Source of the DNA: Nemertoderma westbladi
Taxonomy: Eukaryota; Animalia; Xenacoelomorpha
Reading direction: 5' to 3'
Length of the DNA: 34,326 nt
Assembly: GCA_032718475.1 (NCBI GenBank)
Contig: JAUCBJ010004082.1
Location: forward strand, 1-34,326
Shown: piece by piece, positions 11,686 to 23,133 of the stretch
How positions within the stretch are numbered: the first letter of the stretch is position 1
Layout of the letters: every line of letters starts with the position of its first letter
Position numbers and translations under genes: made by a program
The notes under the pieces: generated by a model
Database searches by the model: none
The model's input: the letters and a program-made list of their open reading frames with translations, nothing else
Told to the model about the DNA's origin: nothing

Positions 11686-14600
11686 ATGGATTCTGACACC
11701 TTAAGATACCTGAAAAACAAGCGACGAGGTCACACGTCAGTAGCGTCTTAACTAATGACTCAACTTGATGATTTGATCTATGTTGACGCAGCCACTAGGG
11801 AGTTTGTAACCAATCCGGATGTCGACACGATCCGGGATGTTATCGAGGCTCTTCGAGGTCAACAAATGAAGTTGAGTGATGTCAATGAGGAAATCTATTC
11901 TCATATTGTCGAGGCTGACGTCATTGCTGTGGATATAGAAACGAATTCCAAGGATGACATGCGAATTTCTTCCACAATCCGACATTGTGAGAAGTTCATT
12001 CGACAACAATCATTTCAACTCTGGTGATTATCATGGTCCAATCGATGATATGGGCCAATGACAACATCCTCACAATCACAATTCATCAGGTGTGTCCTCT
12101 ACAAGCCCACATAAAACTCAGAAGTTTCCAGTATTAAAGCTTCTGGTTTTCAGAGGCAATACAGTCGACTGGACTAACTTTTGGGATAGATTTAACAACG
12201 CCATTCATAGCCGTTCTGATTTAGCTGGGGTGACGAAGTTTTCCTACTTAGAAGGGAAGCTCAGTGGAGATGCTGCCAGACAGGTCAACAACTTCCAAAG
12301 ATCGAACGAAGACTACGAGGAAGCTGTCCAGTTACTACACGAATCATTCGGTAAACCGCAATTAATTATGCAGTTGCGTTTAGGGTTCGACGTCTCGGGA
12401 ACTTGCTGCATTCCGAGCTATGTATGAGGTTCAGATATGTGGCATTAGGAATTTCAGTGGTAATGTAGAAGATGCAGGATATGTCTATTCCGAAATTTCG
12501 TGGAGGAAACTTCCCACCAAAATTTCAGATAACATTAATCATGCGGCTCGAACTTCATATTGGACCCTTGACAAACTTCGTAGAGCTATTCAAGAGGAGA
12601 TCGAGCAGTTAACTTCGCTAGAATCCCAGCCAACAATTTATTCGAAGGGAAAGGGAGGTTGGGTCGACAAGAATAGGTTTTTCCCAGAAGATGTCAGAGG
12701 CGGAACCGCCGGTTCATTCTCTGTCTCATCTCCATCATCAAAGACGTAAAAATGCTTAATGACGATAAAATGCTTCCTGTGTAAGGGTGAGCATAGTGTA
12801 CGTTTCTGCAATATATATAAAACGCCTGATAAGAAAGCAGTGCGTTGATGAATTAAAGCTGTGTAGCAATTGTTTAAAACCGGAACATTCGAATGTATCG
12901 AAGTGTTCAACTCAAAATTGTTGTGTTTGCAACGGTCGCCATCATGCAGTGCTACACAGTTCCACGTTATTACAATCCCAAGCATCTAGCTCAAGAGACA
13001 CAAACCGACAACTGACTGCAACTAGTGGTGCAAAGGGAAGGTTTCCATTTCTACTCTGGTTACCGATAACCATTTAACGATACTACCGACTTCCGTAGTT
13101 CCAGTTATTAGTGATAATAATCGTCGTACCTAAGATCAAGGCTCACAATGTACTCTATTGCTCCACCAAGCTGCTGAATCATTAAATCTTCCTATTGTGG
13201 AACGGATTTGGATCGGTATCGATGGGATTAATAGTGACAGATTGTGTAAATGGTATGATGTAGTTTCATTTAACATTGAAACCTTGGATGGTTTTGTGGA
13301 AACAAGCGCTATTTTAATTGATAGATGTTACATGTGATTAATAATGTAATAAATAATTATTAATAATGTTATAAATGACGTAAATGTATTACCATCCAAT
13401 TTGGGTAATAGTAGGAAATGTACATTCTGGTAAGATTTCTGATACATGTATACAAAATAACGTTATTTCTGTTATGCACATTGGCATTAGTGTAAATCAT
13501 AATTTTGAATATTGCAATGTTACACCAAGTGAATTATGTCCCCAATGTAATGATGTTTCTGTATGTTAAGAACGTTTGTGGAGTTAAGATAAAATTAACA
13601 TGAATGCTACCAATTTTGATCACGAAACAGCTATTTTCGAATATAATAATAGCATTGAATATAGTGACGGTATGTACATTACAAGGTTGCCATGGTTACA
13701 AAACCACGCCCATTTAGCACTAAACTACGGTTTATGTAGAACACAGTATAAATAAATTACATAGAAACCCAGACTTTCTAACTTATTACAATAACTTAGT
13801 TAATAAACAGTTAACTAGAAATTTTATTGAATTAGTTCTTGTTAATGATATTTTTGTATCATATGGAATCACCCATATCGGTAATCTGGTGCACTATATA
13901 CCACACCATGGTGTAGAAAAACCCCAATCCGCACTACTCCTTTACATATAGTGTATGATTGTTCTTCTAGTAGCGGTAAAAACAATGTCAGTTTAAATGA
14001 TCGTTTGTTAACTAGTCCGCCTACAAATCAACTACTGTATGATTCATTGTTACGTTTTCGTATTCATAATTTATGCGCTATTTCTGTTATTGAAAAGGCT
14101 AATTTTCAAATAGCGTTAGCCGAAATAGACCGTGACGTCACTAGATTTCTGTGGCCTAAAGATCCATTTGATCTTAATTGTCCAATTATGACTTATAGAT
14201 TTAAAGTGGTTTTATTAGGTGCAAACTGTAGCCAATTTTTGTTGAACTCAACTATGAATAGTTGAATAGTAGCATCACCTTAAACAAGTGTAATGCTCCT
14301 ATTGCAAAAACAATTTTGCAAAATATGTATGTAGACAATTTACAGGATACAGTGATATCCAAAGATCAACTTATTATTTTTAACATTCAAAGTCGTGCTA
14401 ATTTAATGGAAGGTGATTTTCCTTTACAACAATGGTTCACAAATTCATCGAAATTGAGTAACATTATTAGACTGAATGGTGACGGTTCTAAAACTGACAA
14501 ACCTGACACCTTGATTTTTGCTATGAATTGAAATATTAATGCAGACACCTTAGGTTTTCCAACCCGCAAAATTGTTGTTCCTGACATTGACAAACTGACG

Positions 14601-16335
14601 CACACACAAACAAACGCCATGTTGTTAGTTCTGCTCCAAAGATATTTGATCCATATGGGTGGTTAGTTCCGGTTACTATTCGTTCTAAAATGCTAATTCA
14701 AGAACTTTAGAAATTAAATTTTAAATGGGAATAATCTGATAATAATCTGGCTCGTGATTGGTCAAAATTAGTTTGTGATTTGAATCTATTATCTGCCTTC
14801 TCCATTCCTATATTGTGCGACTATCACTTTCATTGCTTTGTGATGCATCAACTAAGGCTTCTGGTGCTGTTGTTTACATGGTTAACAGCAATGGTTCAGC
14901 TTCAGTAACAGCAAAGGCACGTGTTACTCCGGTTAAGAGTGTTGAACGTTTAGCCAGTGGCAGCCTCACTTTGCCTTTGCTGCAGTTGGAATTGACTGCC
15001 ATTTTAGTTGGAGCTCGACTATTAACTTACGTTTCTAATATTTATTACAAGGAATTTTTATGCGTTTGTCTTTTCCTATGCTCTGAAGCACTTTGCTCTA
15101 TGTTGGTTACAGTCAATCAAACTGGATAAACCGTATGTACGTAATCGAGTTTCAGAAATTCGAGAATTACTACCTACTACTACATTCAAACATGTGGGTA
15201 CGAATGACAACCCAAGTGACAAATTATTCCAAGTTTATGATTTCTGATTTTTGTAAATATGGCCCAGAATGGTTACTAGATCGTACCCGTTGGCCAAATT
15301 CCGTCCAAATTATGGGTATCTACCTGGATTTTGAGATTCTTCCGTAATCTTAAATGTCATGTAGCTCTTATTGTAATATTGCACCTATTCTTGGTGTTAA
15401 TGACATTAAGGCAGCCGAAACATATTGGGTACATAGAATACAACATGAGACTTTCACTGAAGTCTTGGATTTCCTTATGACAAAGGGAAATAAGCCCATG
15501 GTTTGTAGACAAACACCAGTGCTTGTAAAAGAGCTACAACTTTTCTTAGATGACAAAAATATAATTCGTAGTAAGGGTCGCATTGATTACGCTGATTTAA
15601 ATTGAAAATCGAAATTTCAAGTTTTGTTGCCCTCAAAACATACGATTACCGATTTAATCATCTTGGATTTCCATTATCGTCACATGCAAGTGGGAGCTTC
15701 TCAGACTGTCATGCATATTAGACAAAACTGGTGGATTCCTCGTATCAGACAGAGAGTAAACTCCTTAGTTTGTACTTGTAAAAATTGAATTCGTGTTCAA
15801 GGACCGTCTTATTCATCAGTTCCCATTCCTACCTTACCTGCCTATCGTGTCCAGGTGTCTCGGCCCTTCAACACAACTAGTGTTGATTATACAGGCGCTT
15901 TACAAGTGGAAGAATGCAACGAAATTGTTGAGGTTTACCTTGTTCTTTTTACGTGCTCTTCCTCTAGAGCTGTCCATTGGGAAGTTATACAGGACAATTC
16001 AATCAAAACTTTCTTATTTGCGCTACGTAGAGTGTAGAGTGTAGAGGATGTCCATCGCGTTTTATAAGCGACATTTCAAACACATTCCTTGATTCAAAGT
16101 CTACATTTACAAGACTTACAAGGTGACTCATCAGTTCAGAGTTACCTCTTATCACAATGTTGTTCTTGGGAATTCATCCCTCCATATTCTCCTTGGTTTG
16201 GAGGGCTCTACGAGTGATTGATCGGAATAGGGAAAATTATTTTGAAGAGGGCATTAGAACGTCGCATTATCGATTTCGAGGCTCAGCAAACCATTGTAAC
16301 AGAGGTTGAAGCAATGATGAACGACTGGCCATTAA
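11686..16335 (+). pseudogene. Decayed BEL/Pao gag-pol (Gag, Zn knuckles, protease, RT, RNase H, integrase)
   Basis: Many stops and frameshifts; FRGNTVDWTNFWDRF...KFSYL (DUF1759-like), CFLCKGEH / CSNCLKPEH / CVCNGRHHAVLH, DQGSQCT, YIPHHGV, VYDCS, TRFLW, NMYVDNL, CDASTKASGAVVY, LELTA, PFNTTSVDYTG, FTCSSSRAVHWE, SPWFGGLYE, EVEAMMNDWPL. Resumes at 17719-17770 and 29951-30234. Confidence 0.92.
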
Positions 16336-17714
16336 CCCTATTAAACCCGGGGGGGGGGGGGGTCAATATGACCCCCCCCCCCCCCCCCGTGGTTTTTTTA
16401 TTATAATTCTGAAACAAACGCAGTTGGGAATCTGAAATTTTATGACTTTTCCTAAAAATCTATTGTCTTCATGGTAGTGAAAACCGTTTTCAAAAATATT
16501 GGGTACTTTTCGAGTTATAACACCATTTTATAACCCTACTTTTGGCACTTTTTTTGAGACGTTTTTTGAAAATTACATTTCATTAAATATGAATTGTAAC
16601 ATCTCTATTTTTGATTTGCACCGGTTTTTTGGTGTTAGAAATTGGATGGAATTCATATAAATTGATTTAGAAATTTCAAACTTGTTTTTTTCGATGGGTG
16701 CCAAATTTTGGTGCCAGCACCAAATTTTGAAATAAGTCAATTTTGTAAATTGATTGTTTGAAACTTGTTTTTTACGCAATTGGGGTTTTTTGGGGTTCTG
16801 GATTTGATGAAATATATACGAGTTGCACCAAGCGTATCAAACTTGTATTTTTCGGTGCTGTGTGCAAATTTTGGTGCTAGCACGAAATTTTTAAAATCCG
16901 TTCAATATATAAAATTGCTTGTGACAATTTATTTCTTGCGTTTTAGAGATTTATGGCTGTTCTGAATTCAATGGAAAATATAATTATCGAACTAGACATC
17001 TCAAACTTGTATTTTTCGGATGTGGGTGAAAAATGTGGTGCTAGCACCAAATTTTGAAAACCATCAAATATATCAATCGATTGTTTCACCTTGTTTCTTG
17101 CGTTATACGGGTTTGTGATGGTTCTGAATTCAATGGAATCAGTAAAAATTTCATAAGAGTTCTCAAACTTGTATTTTTCGCCGGTGGGTGAAAATTGTTG
17201 TGCCAGCACCAAATTTTGGAAAATATGCAAATTCATAAGTAGATAGTATCACCTTGCTTCTTGCGTTATACGGGTTTATGAGGGTCCTGAATCCGATGGA
17301 ATCAATAAAAACAGCACTGGACATCGCAAACTTGTACTTTTTGGTGATGGGTACGAAATTTGGTGCTAGCACCAAAATTTGCCAAATTACGCCGAAAAAT
17401 ACAATGTATTTTTCCAATGTATTTTGCACCCCAGAAAACCTGTATTGAAAAATAATTAGCCGAAAATGTAACTTTCAAATTTTGTGAAAATTGTGCACTA
17501 CTTGTAACTTTGGTGCTGCAATATAACCACCCCAGTACATTTTTTCGAAAATTTTTTTTTTCGGTCGGATCCAGACAAGTGATACCTACGTACAAACAAA
17601 AAAATCAGACGTTTTCGTAAATATTTGTAGATTTTAGAGGGGGGGGGGTCAATATGACCCCCCCCCCCCCCCCCCGGTATTTGTACAACATTTTATAGCC
17701 CGGTACTAATAGGG
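16336..17714. mobile_element. Non-autonomous piggyBac-like (TTAA) DNA element
   Basis: TTAA at 16332-16335 and 17715-17718; ends CCCTATTAAACCCGGG and CCCGGTACTAATAGGG (13/16 inverted); removing it restores integrase NDWPL-IYVSSN. No transposase ORF. Confidence 0.88.
16580..17390. repeat. About 5 diverged tandem copies of a ~162-bp unit with palindromic core TTTGGTGCTAGCACCAAA
   Basis: CAAACTTGT(A/T) anchor recurs at ~16677, 16838, 17002, 17164 and 17327, each followed by GGTGC(T/C)AGCACC. Confidence 0.8.
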
Positions 17715-17770
17715 TTAATCTATGTTAGTTCTAATATCGGCGATGTTGTATTGATTGGTGACAAGATACC

Positions 17771-18939
17771 TGTTTGCGCTTTTGAAGACCTTTGACAGTT
17801 TAACCTGCCAAAATTAGAATGTCTTTTAGATGATATATATTCTTTAGCTTTATGACGAGTATTTGATACACTACATTAGCCGAAGCCAGTCTATGCGCAA
17901 TCATTCACCCGTTGGATATACCCGGGAGACTGAGTTCGGAGCTTAATGATTGATGGTGTAAGCCTACCGTATTATTCGACTGATCGTAATATATAATCTC
18001 TGACAAATATTATTCACTTTCGGGAAATATTAACAGTTCCTTTAGGACGTGGCGCTCTAAATATGTAAACAGAGTTATGACTTAAACTAGTCACAACGAA
18101 AGGGCTATAGATTAACGTATATGGCGCATTCTTTAGGAGATGCTTTGTTATCAGTTACAATCATACACAATGCTGCACAATACTGCACACTAATCTGCCG
18201 ACCTTCACTAAATTTAGTCACGTATAAAGAGAGCAACAGACAATTCATGTTGGGCATATGAAATAGCATTAGATTCACTTCAAACCACTCAACATAGGTC
18301 GCAATCGTTTATCTGTAACCGGTCTCTCTAACCTTTAGTATATCAAGAAGGTGGGGTGTCTGACTATTGATCAGTATTCCGATATAATAATTCATCAACA
18401 AATATAACGAATAACCAACAGCAAAAGCAGTAATGTAAGATATGAATTGCATAGATACGTATGATAAGATTGTAATTAACTCGATAACAGATATACGTTC
18501 TATAATTAAGCCTACTAATGTAAAGCTAAAGAACGCTGATATACGGAGGTGCCAAAAGCCGGTCTTCTTAGGCTCTGGGCAAAAACATAACACTGAACTA
18601 CTGAGTTACTGAGTTCTGTATACACCTCCAACACAGAGACAAAAAACGCTCTGATTGGTCAACCGAACAACGAGAGAACAAAGAAACGTCGACGTGGCAA
18701 TATCAGCTGTTAGCCGTCGTCATGGTAGCGACACTGTTTTCAAGAGTATCCAGCTTATCGCGTCACGAGATTGCGGATTATGTCCTCTAAAGTACAAATA
18801 CAGTACAAATACAGAAGAAATGACTTTTATGTCCTCTAAAACACCAGTACAGCAAGGACACGGCCTTTTTATGCCTGTCAAACCAACTACAGAGTACTTT
18901 AAGGGAAAATAACCGGTTAATGACGCAAAAGCTTTTACA
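17771..18939 (-). repeat. 3' LTR of inner element
   Basis: Direct repeat of 28777-29945 at constant offset 11006; only two substitutions seen by eye (18694/29700 and 18852/29858). Confidence 0.96.
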
Positions 18940-18948
18940 CCGCTCCCA
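18940..18948 (-). promoter_or_regulatory. Polypurine-tract-like plus-strand primer site of inner element
   Basis: Minus strand TTTTCTGGGAGCGG directly before TGTAAAAGC; similar to TTTTCTCTGGGGCCCAGTG before the outer 3' LTR. Confidence 0.6.
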
Positions 18949-18965
18949 GAAAATGGGATTTAAGT

Positions 18966-20553
18966 CTATAAAATATAACAAATCACAGTTTCTAAAATAT
19001 AAAGATACTCTAAACAGTTAGTCTTTCTTACGCAGATGGCGTTTACGCAGTTTTTTGAGGCTAGCAAGAGTCCTTTTCTCTTTGGGGTGAGCCACTTTAC
19101 TAGGAGGGCTATAAATCCTGGGTGAAGGGTGCAATATGATTGCATCAGAAGATGTAGGATTATGGTCGGGGTATCCGTCGTTTCGATATGCTTCTCCTCG
19201 AGCTGATTTTCCTCCGATCGTAGCTGGATACGTTCATCCAAAAACTCTCGCAGAGAATGGGGTTGTCTAAGTTCGATATCTTCTTAGAGATTCTGGATTT
19301 CACAATCGAACTGAGATAAAGACAATTCGTTTATCGCTTAGACTTGCTGTTACAACTTACGTTTATCTGAACAAACGCAGGTTTCCTTTCTGATCTTTGT
19401 AGAATAGCGTTTAACTCGTTTGGTACAACGTTCTCCGCCACTTTGGTGACAGGTTATATCGTGTTAAGCCGGGACGATGGTAAGGGTTAAACGGCGATAT
19501 TAAATGTCCGCGTCCCAATCCGGCTAGGTAGAATGGGCTAATATCTAGGAAGCCCACAACTGGGGTGCCACTGACTAATTGTTCAGGTAACACTAGATCT
19601 TTGAGCAGTGAGTACAGCTCGGGAGGATCCGTTATACTAATATGATCAAGAGTCTGAAGTCTCACTAGGGAATGAGGAGTTCTGATCGAGTATTCCGAAA
19701 CTCTGATCATTGGTTTATTTAAGGATCGTCTGAGTCGAACGAGCGTAGGTGATACATCGAACAAGTTTCGCTCGAAACTCCCATAAGTATAGCGAGTAAA
19801 ACCGTGTTTAAAGCAACGTCTCCGCGGATGTTTATGTCTTTCCGTTTGTTGGTTGGGTCTTGGGCATTCATCGCAATAATACCAAAAACGCACGTCTTGT
19901 AAGGGAAACGCGAGTGATCTTTCTCCAGCTTAGAATATTCCTCCATCCGTTCGAAGCTATCCGGTACAACAGGTAGCGATCGATCGGCGGTAAGATACAT
20001 CATAGTGGAATAGAGCCGTTTGAGTTCTACCATGCGGTCATGATGTATACCTTGAGGATATCGAGTTTCTAGATTCTGTTGACTGGTAATATCGAGATAG
20101 GTTTCTCTCAAGAATTCCAGGTATTTGGTGGAGTCGCTGCGTTTATCCGGCATTTCGACATCTGCACTTTCGAGTCGGTTTCGAATAGAATTTTCGTGTT
20201 CGAGTCTCAGTTTATCGTTCCGCTTCCGCTGGGTATGATATTTAAATAAACCATTTCCCTTTGGTGTCTATATCGTTCGTATCGTGTAGGTCGATAGGAT
20301 GACCAGTAGTTAAGAAGTCCATATACGTACCATTACGATGCGTATAGCGAGCGATGAATTTTCTACAGTCTAACCCACGCGCAAGTTGCTCCCGGGACAT
20401 TGGCGGTTAGATATAACGACCATCGTCCTCCGTAGTAGTTGGACCAGCGTCGCCGCGTATCAAGCTATCAACAAACACTTGTAAAGGTAGAGTATATCGC
20501 TCCCTGATACCAAGATCATCTTCTATCAACTCAATCATATCTGCTATATAAGT
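18966..20553 (-). pseudogene. Decayed accessory coding region of unknown function in env position
   Basis: Consecutive same-strand open frames: 20553-20245 (one stop at 20407-20409), 20267-19719, 19893-19411, ~19455-19361 and 19310-18966 (one stop); less AT-rich than the adjacent 21-22 kb spacer; no recognised family. Confidence 0.45.
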
Positions 20554-21371
20554 TTATCCATATTATAATGAGTTTATATTTAGGCGAGCGGGCGTCGCTG
20601 CCTACCCCTCTCTGCCCCCGGACAGTGCGAGATCCTCAGCGCTGGTGTACTTTCGCCGATGTGCCTATCGCCAACGTCGTAGCTGCACAACGACTACAAC
20701 AACCAGCACGAGCCACTCCACCGTCCGTCCCAAAGGCTTAGATATACTTCAGGTTCTTACTGGAGAGTTAGGGTTACTTTCACAATAACACAGCTACTGT
20801 AAACACACCTTAGTAGTAACATTCACCTACAAACGCACAAATTCCACGTAACAGTCACAAATGGTACACATTCTATCACACATTCGGGTCATTTGTCCGT
20901 TAGTCAAGTGCCTTCCAGAATGTCACGTTGTTATTATGTATTCTTGGATACTAGCGGTGTGCTATTTATTCCGTATGCTATTCAATACGCAAGCCCTTTA
21001 ATGTTCTTTAACTCACTTCAAATTCTAGCGTGGTTGTTGCCATGGTGACATTATGGAAAGCTAGCGGTAGAATTAGGGTAATTCTCATGCATACAGATCT
21101 GGGATGCTATTTAATAGTAATTCTTTAATGGTCAATATCCCCTTTATACATGATTTTATGAATTTTATCGGCTATTGACTATACATTGGAGATTCTCGCA
21201 CACAAATACACTTAATAAAGTGAATCTCCGCTCCCATGATCTATTAATTAATGGAATTTTGGGAATGTTATAAATTGTACAAAATGACAATTTATTAAAT
21301 TCATTGAAATATATGAATTTAAATTTATTCCCGTAAATTTTATTATTTAATGTTAAATAGACACAATTTTA

Positions 21372-21660
21372 TTCCAGAACATGTCTGGGGACTGGGATCC
21401 TTGATTCTAGGAATTTTGTCCTTTTAAGAGTATCGGTAAGTGCTACGATATCTTAATCGACTAGAATTTTAAAGGATCTGATATTTGACAGATTTTTGTA
21501 AATATTAATAATTAATATTTAGGATGGGCACCAGTTTATTCCAGAACTTGTCTGGGGACGTTAACCATTGATTCTAGAAATTTGTCTTTCAAGTATATCG
21601 GTGGGTGCCGCGATATCTTAATCGACTAGAATTACAGATGGTCAAAGGGTTTAACAGATT
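21372..21660. repeat. Two diverged copies of a ~120-bp segment, ~167 bp apart, in inner element 3' region
   Basis: TTCCAGAAC(A/T)TGTCTGGGGAC...TTGATTCTAG...CGATATCTTAATCGACTAGAATT at ~21372 and ~21539. Confidence 0.8.
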
Positions 21661-22183
21661 TATTTTGCGTTATACGCTACTGTTAAAGGGACATCACGCT
21701 ACTATATGTATTATTTAATATACGGTATGAGAGCAATATCGCACGAAGCAATGTCAGTGTGAAGAGGCAAGTCGTTTCCAAGGTCTACCCAGAGCTTGGT
21801 TTAGCCGAGACACGAGGATCTGAACTTTGCATTCCTAATACTCTGCCTACCAATAATACTTGAATATAGTAGTGGCTTTATTGTACTTTAATAAGTACGA
21901 AGATTTCATCTTACTGTAGTCACGTATTGATAATGTAATACGGGCAGTAAGGAAAGAGAAAAAGAATTATTTCTCACCGTCGCACTAAATATATAATATA
22001 CGTAATTAAATAATAAACGCGAATATATATTGCACTAATCTACTAAATAATCTCTAAAATACCATACTACTAAATAAAATTAAATAAAACGATTAAAATA
22101 AAATTACATAGTAATACATACAGAAATATAAAAATAATAAAATAATATAAAATAATAGAGTCACACACCCACTCCATATGTTG

Positions 22184-23133
22184 TTACGTTATGGAGTCCC
22201 TAGATGTTTGAAGGATTAGGGAGGTGGTCGTGGGAAGAGAATCTTGCCTTCCACAGTTTCCGGAGAGTCCTCCATTCCCTTCCGGTAAACACAAACGACC
22301 GACTGGGTGATTGAGTCGCTGCATCCCGAATACAATTCCAGGTTTCCTCTTCGTCCTGGAATAGTGACGATAGAAACATCGCTCTAGGTACACGACGGCC
22401 TTACAAAGCCGATTCCAGGAGCTATAGTGGTCCGTCGCTCCCTGCTCTCCCTGCTGAGAGGTGAGAGTCCCTGCGAGACGTCTGATGTTCCAGAGCTCCA
22501 ATCGCTCTCTCTGATCTTCATGAAGGATCCACTCGCGGTGGGGAGGTCCAGATCCACGGCGTCGTCCCTGGCAATAAGTAATACCGACAGATCTATCCCG
22601 GGTTCAAATAACTCCGATCCACCCGTCCGGGTTTTAGGTTTGACTTTCTCCGCTCCCTTGGCTGGTCTAATCTCAGTCGGAGTAAGATGGGGAGGCCATT
22701 CATCCTCCTTACTCAGGAAGTCGGGTTCACCTAACCGGTCTGTAGTATCTGTCAGTTCTTGAGGAGTTGCTCCTCTGGAAGCGATGTCAGTTGGATTAAA
22801 CTTCTTGGGGCAATATCTCCATTGATCTACATTGGAGCTAATATCGTCATTATCTGAGGAGTATGGTGTTCCCTCAGTTGGGTCGTCTCCCTCACTAGTA
22901 TCATCTTCCCATTCACTCACCTGGCAGACGCGATCTTGAAGCAGTCTTTCTCTGAGCGTTCTTCGGGAAGGTCCAGTAAGGTACCAACCTACTCTAGTTC
23001 TTACCGCATAGGTCTGAAGTGGTTGCGGTTGAGCAGGTCGTTTCTCCAATGTCTCCAGCGCCTCATGCGCGTTTTGACCGATTAATATTTGTACTCCAGG
23101 ATAATCGGTGTCGAATCTAGGAATGTTAAGTTG
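22184..23133 (-). pseudogene. pol: Truncated pol remnant: protease C-terminus fused to RNase H end and extreme C-terminus
   Basis: In frame after TAA 23134-23136: VQILIGQN...VRTRVGWYLTG; then about 50 codons later QWRYCPKKFNPTDIASRG...GEPDFL...WP; then SSWNRLCKAVVYL and RLNHPVGRLCL. No YVDD/YVDN, DAS or integrase core motifs. Confidence 0.85.

Noticed and set aside
18309-18912. Duplicated small genes (94 aa and 85 aa ORFs repeated at 29315-29918)
   Set aside because: They lie in the LTRs, have non-ATG starts and no motifs; duplication simply reflects LTR identity.
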